Shown piece by piece: positions 1 through 13,780 of a stretch of DNA of 64,000 nucleotides. The number at the start of each line of letters is the position of its first letter. Position 1 is the stretch's first letter. The DNA comes from Octopus sinensis (taxonomy: Eukaryota): NCBI RefSeq assembly GCF_006345805.1, contig NC_042997.1:135656001-135720000 (forward strand). The letters run 5' to 3'. The translations under genes were made by a program, and so were the position numbers. The notes under the pieces were generated by a model. That model saw only the letters and a list, made by a program, of their open reading frames with translations, was not told the DNA's origin and made no database searches.

Positions 1-957
1 TATTCGTTAGGTTCGAAGTTCGCAGCTGAAGCTGGAGGTATGGATCCGTGTTAGCAGGTATATTAGAGGAAAAGGACAAAAGACACGGCAAGGCGAGTGT
101 CTCAATTCATTTATGATAATTTAATTAGGGTAAGGTGGATTTGAAGTCTTATAGCTTCAAATTCACCTTACCCAAGTGATAGGCGAGCATGTCCATACAT
201 AAAGAATTAAAATTTAATAATTAAATGTTAAATTAAAAATTAAAGATTGCAAAATTAGAATTTCAGGAATTGAAGCTAGCTAAATTCTAGGGTACTTATG
301 TTGATAGAGGTGAAAAGGAAAGGAGAAAAGAAGAAACGCACGTATATTGTAACGGCCGTAGATGTACTGATTTTGCTTGCATTTGGACCTATGGAAGAAT
401 CTAAAGATGCGAAAGAACTCGTGCTTACATGTATAAAATGCTTCGTGCTGTTTATTGAATAATTGCGGTGAATCATGAATTAATATTTGGAGGGCTTCTA
501 TCCGGCAGAGTCCACATGTGGAGCGCTGGCTTTGGTATGGGAGACCAAAATCTATTATGACCTAGGATATTCTATATAAAACTTTCCTATTTAACAGATG
601 GTGTATGTGGATGACTAGGGGCGTGGATTTGCTATAGTCTTCATATTTAAATGAGTTTAGATGTGCAAAATATCTCTCTCTAAAATTAATAGTAGACCCA
701 TGTAGCAGCTAGTAGAATTATACAATATTCTGTGGACAATGCATTTGTATACAACGTTAAACCTTCTGCAGTGAACTTGCAGCGGGCATTCGTTCTCGGC
801 CCGGCAGTTGCAACTATCTGTCTTACGTGGCTTAGTTGTGGAGAGGGAAGATGCTGTACTATTTATGGACAAGTTAAAGTTTAGGGCAGTGTTAGGGGAT
901 TGGCTCGTATTATCATCATTATTATTATTGTTGTTGTTGTTGTTAACAGTAGTAGTA

Positions 958-1178
958 ATGCAGCGAACAGGCAGAATAATTAGCGCACTGGACGAAATGC
1001 TTAACGGTTTTTTCGCTCGTGGCTGCGTTCTGAGTTCAAATTCGCCAGAGGTCGACTCTGCCTTTCATCCTCTCGGGGTCGATAAATTATGTACTAGTGA
1101 AACACTGGGGTCGATATAATTGACTAGTCTTCTTCCCTAAACTTCCAGGCCTAGTGCCTATAGTAGAAAGGATTATTA
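958..1178 (+). mobile_element. tRNA-derived SINE inserted in the PLE
   Basis: B-box-like gagttcaaattc followed by gaggtcgactctgcctttcatcctctcggggtcgataaa. Same family as 34515, 52108 and 58463. Confidence 0.85.
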
Positions 1179-1179
1179 T

Positions 1180-1180
1180 C

Positions 1181-1246
<66 letters not shown>

Positions 1247-1265
1247 GGTGGTGGTGGTAGTACTG
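1180..1265. repeat. (AGT)n/(GGT)n microsatellite
   Basis: Direct observation. Confidence 0.95.
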
Positions 1266-2924
1266 GTCGTATTAGAGTTATTAGCGTTAGTAGGAGTAGT
1301 GTTATTAGTATTAACACTCGTTTTAGCCGTACTCCAGCTTCCTCGGAAGTGGGGATGTTTGTATCCTGGTTTATGCTGGTTACAGTGTCAGGGTTACGGG
1401 TGTGGTATATGCCATAATGTTCGGTGTTAGTGTTTTCGCTGCATTTACCTGTGTTATGATTACATATATTTAGGTAGTAGGAATTAAGTTTACGCTTATT
1501 GTATGAGGTAATAATAGAGTCTATATTGGGCGGAGAGGAGCAAGACAATTTCAGAGTGGATCTGTTGGAGATTGAATGGTGCTTATGGTGGTGTATTTGA
1601 AAAAAGGTTTTTGCTAGGTCCTTAACGTTTAAAGCGACTGGGGGTGTAAACCAGAGAATCGAACTTCCCCCGCTTTAATTAGGCAACTTTCATTACTCTG
1701 CCTTGCGCCACCCACTCGCCCTCGTCCTCCTACTTACAGCATAGCAAAAATGCTATTCAATTCCTGATGATATATACTTTTCAAAACGTTTTTGTTTACA
1801 AGAGAAAACAAGTTATTCTACCAGCCATCTATAAGCTATAGCTAGTGGTTTGACTTTCTAAAAATGTCAGGCAAAGTTTTCCTCAGTTGCATTTGCTATT
1901 GTAAGTGATGGGATGCATTGGATTAGTATGTTCTGGAGACAATATGTCCTATAAGGCAAAATGATTGCCTACAATCCTTTCATCACAGGTCTGTTTTAGA
2001 CAGATTTGATCTTGGATAAACGTAATCACGAAGTTATATATCCACAACAAAATTATTCTATAGTGGTAAAAAAACTAGAAATGTCATGAAGAAATATTCT
2101 CACATTATATTAACAAACAACATTTATCTTCCTAGAGCAAAACCTCACGCTATATAAGCAGGAAACTGTGTAGTACGTGTAGCTTACCCTTCATATAAAG
2201 GATGAGTGGTTATTTGTCAATGTTAACTACGTAAAACAAATACCACCGATTATGCCTAGTTACCAAGCTTTATCTTGACGAGTTTATCTTTTCTTCATAA
2301 TATACTTGACATTTTCTTCGTGCCATAATAGATTTAGCAAGATTATAAACAATATGAATTTTATTCATGCGAATTTTATTTCAAATGTCAAAACACACTC
2401 GACCTATATAGTAGACATCATTCTTTCAGTATTGAAATGAATTTATTATAATAATTTAAAGAGTTTGGGCAAAGAATATGACCAAGAAAAACAATTGCTC
2501 ACTTAATATAATTTTGTATGATTAATATTAATTGTATTAGGAACAAATTCAAACGGCATCGTTTTAGCCATTTGTCCCTTAAATTTTTACAACATAGCCA
2601 TCGTTCAAGTTGCTCTCTCGAAATAAATAGCTACATGCAGAAACAATTGAGCATTGGACAGCTTATTTCACGGTAATGAATTCCTGTTTTCAAGACATGC
2701 CAGTATATCTTATCTTTTATCCATCCAGAGTCGATATTGTGTAGTTCTTTTGAGATACAGTCTTATATTCATGTTACAGATATTTGATGGACACCAGTGA
2801 GTTCAAATTGAAGGTCAGTAAAACGGGTACGATTAAAAGTCTAGCGTCGATAATGTTCTGAGACTTTTTTTTTCAAATTGTGTGTCCTTGTACCCAAGAT
2901 AAAAGTTGTTGTCAAATAGGAGTA

Positions 2925-3131
2925 CAGTAATCCCTCGCCATATCGTGGTTCACCTATCGCGGTTTATTATTTAAGCTTACGTCGATTCCTCTGTGGTGTT
3001 GTTTTGCATTTATAATAAAACAAATATATACAAATTATAAAAATAATAAAAAATATACAATACTGTTTCTACTCCACGGATTTTCACTTATCGCGGAGGA
3101 TTTTGGAAGGTAAACCTGCGAGGGACTATTG
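2925..3131. mobile_element. Non-autonomous pogo/Tigger-like MITE
   Basis: Imperfect TIRs cagtaatccctcgc / gcgagggactattg flanked by TA on both sides. Confidence 0.7.
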
Positions 3132-3146
3132 TAATACAAACATGAT

Positions 3147-3188
<42 letters not shown>

Positions 3189-3239
3189 ATGGTGATGGTG
3201 ATGGTGATAGTGGTGGTGGTGGTGGTGGTGGTAGTAGTG

Positions 3240-3287
<48 letters not shown>

Positions 3288-3305
3288 AGAGCAGCAGCAG
3301 CAATA
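3147..3305. repeat. (AGT)n/(GGT)n/(AGC)n microsatellite
   Basis: Direct observation. Confidence 0.95.
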
Positions 3306-3739
3306 GCTCTTTTGATTTCACGCGCGATGCGAGAATGAAAAAAAGACTAGTAGAGTTTATATTAGCCCCTAACAGTTATTGTTTGGTAAAGGTGAGTGGT
3401 GATTTCTAGTTGCCTTTGTTTGCTTTGGTGATTGTTAAGTAGAGGAAAAACTGTTCACTGACTTCTAACAATGTTTAAAATATTCAAAATGAGATATATG
3501 TCTCTGCAGAGTCATCTCTCGTTTCTTATTCAAAACGTTTCATCAAAAATTTGATTGATATTATAGTGACTCAAAAATCGTACATTCTTTTCCCTGACCA
3601 TGATTCTTGAAATAGCAAAAAGAATTAAATTTGCTGAGAAGTTGTATTAAAAAGAAATGTACCTAGTAACAGGAAAAAACCACCCACCATCTCATCTCAA
3701 TCATCACTTAGCAATTTGCTACAAACGATAATATATATA

Positions 3740-3944
3740 TTAAACACATAAATGTGAAACAAGGTGGGAAAAAAGAGTACTCAAATACCAGTGGTAGAGT
3801 AATATGCTTTATTTAAAGCAGCGGAAAATTCTACAAAACCTGTTACTCTGAGTTTCGCGTTGCCGTTCATCGGACAGTTTTTGCAATGCGAAACTCAGAG
3901 TAACAGGTTTTGTAGAATGTTCTGCTGCTTTAAATAAAGTATAT
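3740..3944 (-). mobile_element. Short PLE-type terminal repeat element with an internal ~60 bp inverted duplication; same family as 26468-26650
   Basis: Arms 3802-3863 and 3883-3944 are reverse complements. Shares aaacaaggtgg..aaaagagtactcaaatacca with 26490. Flanked by (TA)n. Confidence 0.65.
3840..3877 (-). ncRNA. Minimal type I hammerhead ribozyme motif (CCGAUGA core variant)
   Basis: Minus strand: ctgt CCGATGA acggcaacgc GAAA ctcagag TA acag. Confidence 0.6.
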
Positions 3945-5169
3945 ATATATATATATATATATATATTGTAACTTGATACATTTCTTATAAATGATATAAA
4001 AGATAATTAACTCTATCTCTTCGCGATTTACATCAAATTATATCTCATCCAGAGATATCATTAAGCGTCAATATTTCGCCAAATAGAAATATTGTAGAAG
4101 AAATGATAACAATCCTATTAGCATTATTCTCTCTAGATACACAACTGAATTATCAGTACTCCGATTGGGACCGAACCTATTACAATGCATATCCATTTTA
4201 TTAAATAATATTCTTATAATATATTCGTCTAAATTTTTGTGATCTTTTCGAAAGAATCGGAGAAGTATGCCAAGAAGTAATATTTACATGTGAATATGTA
4301 TACGTAATAGTTACCTCGTGCTAGACTGATGTTACAATCAAGGCCATATGAACAGTAAAGTAACTTATTATCTATATGCAATCATAATATAGGTTATCAG
4401 GCGTCAAAGTCTCCCATTACGTATCTGTGTCCGGGGCATTAACATTCTACTTCTTTCTTTAGTTTATTTAATGCATACACCTTCCATTGGTAACCTATTA
4501 GGTCGAACCCCTGTGTTATGCTATCCCCTGCTGCACTTAGTTATGTATCTTGTTTTTAATAAACATTTCCGTTTGAGATTTTCTTCTGAGACAAATAATA
4601 TAGTGTGTGCTGGGGTAGAGACGTTAATGAGTCATTTCAGCTTTCAGATAGTTTTCCTCGTTCATTTTTAGTATGTGTTGTGAAAGTACAGTTTACGCTG
4701 TGTTTCAATGCTTCTTGTGAGGTGCATCAAATAGTTGTTTCGAGTTGAAGCTGATTAATCAAAAATATGATAGATGGAAAATAAGTCAAGAGAATATCCT
4801 TACAAAGACATATTCTCAGAATAGAAACATGTTCTTAGAAAAGCAAATTGAACAATAGAGAGATCGATCGGAAATTTATTGATGGAAACAATATAATTCG
4901 TCGAAAATAATGAAACCCTATTAACGTCATTGTAAATAGCTATTTTACTTTCAAAGTAATTATGATAAATGATGAAATAAATTATATTTTAAATTATGTT
5001 CAGGCGTTCGCTTTTTAACCAAAAACAAAATAAAACAAAGTTTAGATAATGAATTTTCTCAAAACTGAATATTTAATTTATATTCTTGATTGGATATAAC
5101 GCCTCGAAGATAATCTAATGTACATATACATGTGTGTACATGTGTGTACATATATATATATACATATAA

Positions 5170-5350
5170 TCTTTTATTCTTTTATTCTTTTATACTTGTT
5201 TCAGTTATTTGACTGCGGCCATGCGGGAAGACCACATTGAAGGATTTTAGGCGAAGATATCGACGTCAGGATTTATATTTTGTAAGTATAGTACTTATTC
5301 TAATGGTCTCATTGGACGAACCGCTAGGTTACGGGGACGTAAACACACGT
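5170..5350 (-). mobile_element. SINE 3' fragment (family of 11060-11545)
   Basis: tacttgtttcagttatttgactgcggccatg...gaaccgctaggttacggggacgtaaacac matches 11070-11220. Confidence 0.75.
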
Positions 5351-5361
5351 CGAACGAATGC

Positions 5362-5751
5362 TGTCACGTCTGGGAAGAGTGCAGCTGTCCTCCAAGTCGA
5401 TTATAAAGTTTGTTCCACCACCATCCTTCAATAAGGAAGACAGATGTGCTTTCTTGATGTAGTAGCGTTGGCAAAAGAGGTTGTTTGGAGAATGAGAATG
5501 AGGGGAGTGGCGACGGGTGCCTTCATCTCCGGCCCTGGTTTGGTCAACATGTTCGATTTCCAGCTTAAAAGGGAACTAAGGCTGGAAAGGAGACGCCTGT
5601 CGCCCGTTATATATGACAAAAGATGGAAGGTAGTGACGTGGATGTTGAGTGTGAATAATGCTGCGTGAGTGTAAAACATAAAGGAAACAGAAAGGTTCAG
5701 TGGTGGATCCGGGTTTGTGGGATCGAACCTGCGCCCCACTCAGTTGTGACG
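5362..5751 (-). mobile_element. Probable solo LTR (~390 bp)
   Basis: Ends tgtcac...gtgacg (TG..CA with one substitution). GC-richer than the flanks, with a TATA-like tatataa on the minus strand. No clear TSD. Confidence 0.45.
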
Positions 5752-5917
5752 TGTTTGTATTGTATTGTAATTTCATCTGTATATTTAATCAGTTAAATTT
5801 TTTAATTCACTTTTAATGCTTCATCATTCGATCCCAACCCCTTTCGCTTTGTATCGTCCCTTCTTCGTTCAGCTCTTGTGGCTGGAATAAAATCAGTTCG
5901 TAATTTGGGTAGCATCA

Positions 5918-6943
5918 TGTATGACCCGATTGTCAGTAAAGCAGAGAATGCAAACTACGGGTCGATTGCAAGCAGGGCAGGATGCCCTGGTTGTTGCTAA
6001 AGCTTACAATGTCAACGGCAGCACCATCTATCGCCTGCAACAGCGATAGAACAATACCAACAGCATTGCAGACCGTGCCCTCAGAGGGTGCCCCGGGTGA
6101 CCACGACCAGACCAGGCAGGACACTTCATTCACCCGCAACATCCCCGTCATGGCTTCATACCGACCAGCGTGACAGCTCGCGAGACCATTCACACTGGAC
6201 AGCTACCCACCAGCGGTGACATGGTAGTGGTTGCCAACAATCTACGTTGCTGTCGTCCTGCTCGAAGGCCTGTCCTCACCGACCGCCACCGTCAGACACG
6301 ACTATAGTGGGCTATACAGCACCGATATTGGCGGTATCTACAATGAAGGTCTTCTCTGACGAGAGCCGGTACTGCGTTTCCACCTCGAATGGCAGAGTCA
6401 GGGTGTGGTGTAGGAGGGGTGAACGCTACAGAGACGCATGCGTCATCAAGAGGGATGCGTGGGGTAGCCAAAGCATCACGGTTTAGGGTGCTATAGGCTT
6501 GAATCAGAGAACTGAGCCACGTGTGTTCCAAAATGTTGGTGCAGGCAGAAAGAATGGAATCACTGTAGCGCTATGTTGACCAGGTCCTAAGACCGCACAT
6601 CGTGCCCTTCTTTAAGCGTCAACATACCCATGTGTTCCGGCAGGACAACTCTCCCTCCCACCCGGCCAGGGTCACCATGGACTTCCTGCGTCAGAACAAG
6701 GTGAGAACCATGCCGTAGCCAGCTCTCGGTGCCAATTTGAACCCAATTGAACACCTGTGGGATGAAATCCAGCGACGGCTGAACCAGGCGGTCCGAAGCT
6801 CAACAACTCGTGAGGATCTGAGAACAGTTTTCTTCAGGGTGTGGGCACAGGTGCCAATGGCTATTGTGAACCGCCTCATGCACTCCATGTACCGACGGTG
6901 TATGACCGTTTTGAACATTCTGGGGAGGCATACACGGCATTGA
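5918..6943 (+). pseudogene. Tc1-family transposase pseudogene
   Basis: Fragments VFSDESRYC..GRVRVWCRRGERY, QDNSPSH and NPIEHLWDEIQRRL are Tc1 DDE motifs. Multiple frameshifts and stops. Confidence 0.88.
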
Positions 6944-8479
6944 ACCTGCTATGCCCTACAATCTCGATGTGCTGGATCCACCCACTACCAGAACACATGA
7001 CAACGACCCATATACTGCGGTCAGAGTGGATCCAAGAAATTGACTTTATCAGATTTATCAAAATTTATCTCTAACATAATGAAATTAAAACATATTTCAG
7101 TCACACAAGTTTAGTGTATTTCACTTTTGATGTTTCAAAATAGCTAAACAGCTGACAGATATTATATTCTTAAGCATGACGACCCTCTGATGCCCCTCTC
7201 AGAACCCAAAATTGTAATTTCAAACTTTCACAAATTGTTCACGTATACCTACGTCGCGGAATTACAGAGTACTTGCTAAGAACATCATCTACAAGACATG
7301 GAGAGAAAAATAACCAATCATTTTTCCAATACCTTCATTCCTTGAATCTTCTCAAGAAATACCATACAGCCTTCGTATCCTGCTCTTGTATGGCAGTTAT
7401 TAATACTCTCTTGTCTAGGGAAATCTGTCCAAGCAAGCATTTAACCATTCCTCTCACGTAGACTTTGATAAACTACCCGCTTATGGACTTTAGACTTCTC
7501 TTCATTTTTGGTTCGATAAATTACTGTCAGTTAATGTATGAAAGTTTGCTAAGATATATTTCTCTTTGACCACGCAACATAAATTCCAGTGTACTCTGTT
7601 AGGAGGCGTAATTTTCCTTTCTCTAGATTATCAGTCAACCAACTCTTAAGATGAAATAATGTTTCCCTCCTCTTCCATCATCCAACCACAGGTCCCATTC
7701 TTATGCTACCTAGGAAATATTTCTTTATTATATGGGTGGAGCTATATGTTTCTGAAAAGTAAGGTACGCATTGGCCACATTTTTAAAGGGAACAACTTTG
7801 TCACCCTCCCTGATCTTAGGCAATTGCAAATAAAACCATGAAAGTAGGTACAACGTTTTATAGTTCATTAACTTTGATATCTCTTGGAGATGTTACTAAT
7901 AATGTAAAAAGTCGAAATCCTAAAGACTAGCCTTTATCTTTGGAAATGGAATATTCTTCAACCTCAACAAACTGATGATTCCCTACAATCTTTAAGGGAG
8001 ACTTACAGTATTATAACACTCCTAAAACTGAGAGATTACTGCAACATAGACATAAAGCCATCTAGAAGTTAATGATCTGGTTGATTAACAATCTCAGTGT
8101 TCCTAGTCTAGCACACGTAGAGTGGCCTCGTCTCCTCGGAATGTGCTAACAACATACCATCTCCAATGAAGTTTTTTTTCCATGACTTGAGTCCTTCATC
8201 ATTTCGTTGTCCGATATTGTCTCAACTACAAGAGTGTCATTCAATAATCTATCCAGAAAAACTTCAGTCTTCTGAAATGTGTTTTATATTCACATTTCCC
8301 TAACATACTTTGTTGTTTAATCTAAATAGCAACCGGATAACTGGCACATTCCCTTCCACTTCAGGAAATCATAAAATAAACCCGTTATGAGTATAGGTAA
8401 ATTTTGTATATAGATATAGATACATTTTGTATATAGATACAGAGAAGGAGTGGGAGAGAGGGAGAGAGAAGCACAAACA

Positions 8480-9756
8480 TTAGGTTGTTCCGAAAATAAT
8501 GACCCATTTCAGAAACATAATTTTATTCTGGAAAAATTAACAATAGAAACGTTTTGATTAGTCAAAGTATGAGCCGTGAACATCTATGCATCTCTGCCAC
8601 CAGTCAGTGAGATATTTATGCCTCGTTGATAAAAACGTATTGGCTTTGATGCTAAAAAAGCCTTTGAAAGCTGATTCAATTTCTGGTTTGAATCTGGAAG
8701 TTTTATTAGTTAAAAACGTGTTTTAAAAAATGGTAGTCAGTGGGTTAAAGTTCAGGGGAATATGGAGGATGTGGTAAAGTCTCGTATCCCAAATCAGTGA
8801 GTTTCTGCAGCGTCATTCTTGCAACATGTGGCTTTGCATTATCGTGGAGCAGAGCTGGACCACGCCGATTCGCCAATGCAAGTCTAATTTGTTTGCAAAT
8901 GAGCATTCATTTCAGCAAGTTCATTGCAGTAAACTTCTGCTGTAATGTTTTGATAGGCTTCTAGAAAGCTGTAATGGACAACACCAATTGCAGACCACTA
9001 CACAGTCACCATAATATTTTGCTGACACAACTTTGGCTTTGAAAAATGTTTAGGGGACTCATCACAATCAATCCATTGACTTGATCGTTTTCAGTTACAT
9101 AAAGGATCCACTTCTCGTCACAAGTGACTATTCAGTCAAGAAAAGGATCATTGGTGTTTCGCACGAAAGGGCATCAAGCATACTTCAAAACGCCGAACTT
9201 TTTGATTTTCATTTAGCTCATGTGGTACCCATTTATCGAGTTTTTCACCTCACCAACCTACTGCAGATTGCGTAAAACCGTTATAATACCGACACCAAGT
9301 GCCTCAGACATTTTTCTGCTACTCTGACGTAGGTTTAGTTGAACAATTGTTTTTAATTGTTCATTGTCAAGACTGCATGACCGTCCTCTACTGTCTTCAT
9401 CTTCAAGGTTCTCATCACCACTACGGAATTTCTGAAATCACCTTCGTGCTGTGAGATCACTTGTGGATCCCTCTCCGCAGGCTCTATTGGTGTTGGCAGC
9501 AGCTTTTGAGACATTGTGCCCAATCTTGAACTCATGCAAGAAAAGTTAGCGAAGGTCCTTTTTTGTCATGTTCATAATTAAGGGCGCTAACGCTTCAATA
9601 ATTTTTATCAGTTTGAAATAAGTAGAAAATTATTAAGGCGCATACATCCATTATTAAGTATGTCGAATTTCACCTAAGATATAATTAAAACACTATGATA
9701 AAATTACGTTTCAAAGTACAAAACTTAGAGCGGTCGTTATTTTCGGAACAACCTAA
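8480..9756 (-). mobile_element. Full-length decayed mariner element
   Basis: TIRs ttaggttgttccgaaaataatgacc / ggtcgttattttcggaacaacctaa, ~1.28 kb, with transposase remnants on the minus strand. Confidence 0.88.
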
Positions 9757-11059
9757 TATTAATCTCACTAATTTCTCAGAATGAATGAACTTCTAGAGCT
9801 TTCTATTTTTATTTAGTTCCTCCAAAATATATTTGTTTGAATGGTTTTCTGAGGTATAACAATTCTAAATCGTGTGCAGAGGAAAGAGTACTTCGTGATT
9901 CTTTTCGAATAAAACACATGCTCAATTTATTCTGTTGGGAGTCTCCTTTATCTATTAATGTAACAACTGATTTATGTAGGTACTGGTATTTTTGATCAGA
10001 TGCAGTGAAATTCCTTGTAGCGTTGTTGATATAACTTCTACAGCTAAAAATGTGGATAACATTTTCAGCTATCTTTGTTAATGGCTAATTCGATGTACTG
10101 GGTTAGGCCTCCGTTATTCTTTTCTTTGCGAAATGCATATGCTACTACTGATGTTATTTGAATTTATTGATTTGAAAGAATGACGTAATAAAACAGCGAG
10201 ACAGAAGACCGTAATGGTAAAATAAAGACCAAGTCTTATGCATTCTAAATATATTATATACCCTAAGTATAAGAATACGTATGGAGCTTTTCTGGAGGAT
10301 TTAGGATTACTCAAGTATTAGAAAATAAATATTTCTTGCATGCAAATAATTGATTATTGCAAATAAAAGAAAAAAGTAATCTCGTAAGGAAAGCATATTT
10401 TTGGAACATTTCTTTTCCTCGTATTAACTTCTTCAAAGAAACCAAAACATATCGTTGGTTTGGTCTGGTCAGAATTTCCACTCTTGCTACTGAGTATGCT
10501 ACCACTTATTTGTTTACAAGATGAATAATTTTGTTAAGCATTTAGCTGGTCAAAATATTTGGCATGCATGTTCCATTCATAATCAATATATTGGTAGTTA
10601 CATCTGCCAAAATTACCCTTTAGAAATCAGATCGAAAGATTTATGTTACTTAATGCATATTATATTCTATTTGAAATTTTTATATTCTATCTTTTTATGC
10701 CATGCATTTCATATTTAGCTAAATAAATAAATCTCTATAACTTGAAGCATTGTCTTACGTAACTCCTCACACATTGAAATATTGAAGAATTAAGAAGCAC
10801 TTATTTTTAAAAGCTACCTCGGTCAGATATCTAAGAATGGGAGAAAACGAGTCGGAAATTGCACAACAGCTCAAAATCTCTTCTTATATACAATGCCACT
10901 TAATTAAGGTGAGACGCCGGAAGGCTTTCCATCTCCCACCCACACCGTTCTGCCACTAACAACAGATAATCTCTTATCCGGCAACTGAATTCAATTTTGT
11001 TATCTTTGGACGTACATTTTTATATGTCGATAAGCTCACTGGAATGATCTTTACCATAA

Positions 11060-11351
11060 ATCTTTACCTTTACTTGTTTCAGTCATTAGATTCAGGTTAT
11101 GCCGAGGCACCGCCTTCAGGTTTTAGTCGAATGAATTGACCCCATGACTTCTTGTTTGAGCTGGTACATAATCTATTGGTTTCTTTTGCCGAACCGCTGG
11201 GTAACTGGGACGCAAACATACAAACACCTGTTGTCAAGCGGTAGTGGGGGACAAACAACGAGACAAAGACACACACTCACACATAGACACATACATACAC
11301 ACACTCACACATAGACACATACATACACACACTTACGTAGACATACACACA

Positions 11352-11386
<35 letters not shown>

Positions 11387-11545
11387 GACTTACTTCTTTC
11401 AGTTTCCATCTGCCAAATTCACTCACAAGGTTTTAGTCGGTCTGAGGTTATTGTAGAAAACACTAGCCCAATGTGCCACGCAGTGGGACTGAAGCCTGAA
11501 CCATGTGGTTGGGAAGAATGCTTCTTACCACATAGCCACACCTGT
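11060..11545 (-). mobile_element. tRNA-derived SINE with internal (CA)/(TA) microsatellite
   Basis: tRNA-like head on the minus strand at ~11545-11470 (gtggctatgtggtaagaag...cagtcccactgcgtggcac). Body shared with 5170 and 20730. Confidence 0.8.
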
Positions 11546-13009
11546 TTATATTTAAATATATATACATAATTATTTATTTTTATATTACTACAATATTTCT
11601 GAAAAGATAACAATAAGCTGGTAGAAGTGGTAATGTTCAAAATTAAGTTTTTTGGAGGGCTTAATTTCTTCTTTTCCTTTGGAACCTCGAATCTGGTAGA
11701 GTACTGTCGTTCTTCCAACGTCAATAAAATATAAATCAAATATAAATTATATAATGTGGATCAATCAGCCAAATAAATGAGCCAAGCATCTGGACTGGGA
11801 TTGTTTCAGGAAACTCTCCGCAAAATGTAGCTATTACCCAATTTAGGGTTTAAAGCAACTATATACTGGATCGTCAAATTAAAAACCATTGCTGATAAAT
11901 ACTTTGATATCCAGTCAAATTATGATTAGTGAATTCTACAAATACCTTTGAGAACATGTAAATTAAAATAAGAATATTCTTTGCTGGACACAATAAATTT
12001 AGATAGACTATTTTACCAATCTATGAATGAAGTTATTTTTTTATTATTTTATGTAAAAGGATAATATCCAAGAGGAAAGAGTTGAATGTCGATGGCTCAT
12101 ATGTTGCTGATGGTGGGTGTTGTGTTGCTTAGTTTCTTTTTTTTTTGTTAATTGATTCGACCTCTGTGTACATAGAGACAATACAGATATAAATATTCTG
12201 GAGAACTTTTATTTTCATTCGGAAATATTTACTTAAAATAATGTGATGGTGTCACATTTTACGGATGTCTCATTCAACCGCTTGTAACTTCACAATTTCA
12301 AATAATTGGTGTTAATTGAAATTGTCTATCAAATATTTCATTCATCTTACATATATTGCCTCTCTTTATCATTCTGTTTAATAGGAAAATCGATTTCCTT
12401 TCAAAGAGCTATGATTGATGGGTATTTTAAAATAGTATTGCGTAATAAGAAATTGGGAAAATCTGTTTTACCATAACTGTATAATATTTGACCTTTGGAA
12501 ACAATAATCAGATGCGATACTGCCAAAATTATAATGTGGTCGCATATGACAGAGTAACTTACGTATGAATATTACTTGTGACAAAAGTGACCACATCTGA
12601 AGCAATGAGACAAGATAGAAACCAATAAAGCTATCTTCCATATGTTGAAAAGAAAACGATATCAGCTTTGTTCAGAGTGAATAAGAAACTGTACAGATGC
12701 TGAGCCGGAATAAATCGATAAGCATGCCTTTAATACGAGTGGAAGGATATTTTCTGTTAGTGAGTCATTGCTGCGTGGGGGATGAAAACGATATATGCTA
12801 AATGTGTTACACTTTGAAAATCTACTGAAAAACATCGGCATGTGAATATAATTCATACTTACAGAGCTGTACATATTCCATCAGAAAAAGCCTTCATACA
12901 AATATTCCAGGAAAAAGATACGTAAAATGTTGTTTGGGTATATTGTTTTTATATCCATCTATATAATTTATATATGTGTGTCTGAGATAATATTTCTGTA
13001 CACCAGTGC

Positions 13010-13780
13010 ATACTTTGCGTTTAGACAGAAGTAAGCAACGTTTTGCAAAACATGAAATTCATCGCAATGCCGAAATTTTATTCATCAAAGTAATTACCAT
13101 TACAATCAATACATTTTTGCCAACGAGTTACAAGTTTGTTTATTCCGGTAAGGAGAAAATCTGGAGTTCTGGAGCTGATGAACTGTTTTAATGCACTTTC
13201 AGCATCGGTTTGATTTTTCAACTCCTTCTTTCGCAGGAAACCATCAAGGTGCTCGGAAAAGTGGTAGTCGGTAGGAGAAATGTCTGAGGAGTAAGTTCGG
13301 TGAGGAAGAACTCTGTAGTCAAGTTCCCTCAACTTCTGGAGCGTCATTAACGAAACGTAAGGTCGACCATTGTCATAAAGAATGATTGGCGGTCTTCTGT
13401 TGATCAGTGATGGGACAGAGGGGTAGCAGTTTTTCGTTCATTTTGGCAATTTCATCGCAATATGTTTCTGCAGTAATGGTTTTTCCGGGTTTTAAGAAGT
13501 TATAGTGAATGAGTCCAGTAGTACACCACCAGTCACCATAACCTTCTTTTTGAAGCGATCAGGTTTAGAGAAATTTTTCGGTGCTTCATTTTGGTCCAAC
13601 CACTGCGAAGAACGTTTTTTATTAAACCATTTTGCAGCTGATCACTCACTGGTCATTTCCTCACCAAATGTTTCGTTGAAATCGCGCGCAGTATCAGCTG
13701 CTTTACGTCATTTCTTTTTCTTTTTTGAAGTTGGATAGCAAAATTGCTCGAATATCGCACATTGGCAGTTCCATTTCAGA
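13010..13780 (-). pseudogene. mariner transposase pseudogene (internally deleted)
   Basis: LPHRTYSSDISPTDYHF..LDGFL and GINKLVTRWQKCIDCNGNYFD are mariner YSPDLAP and C-terminal motifs. Confidence 0.9.

Larger units (their letters stand above)
1..1665 (-). mobile_element. Decayed Penelope-like retroelement: RT C-terminus/linker, GIY-YIG endonuclease and 3' region, interrupted by a SINE and (AGT)n/(GGT)n repeats
   Basis: Minus-strand fragments read ILWFTPP..., LKLSCSSPPNIDSIITSYNKRKL, CNCRAENECPL..C..FNVVYKC..YMG and CGLCRIEALQIL..LFNKQHE..TCKH. These match PLE linker and GIY-YIG motifs, with frameshifts. Confidence 0.8.

Noticed and set aside
7250-8300. Possible old retroelement coding relic on minus (LPKIREG motif)
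   Set aside because: A single weak motif; too decayed to classify by eye.
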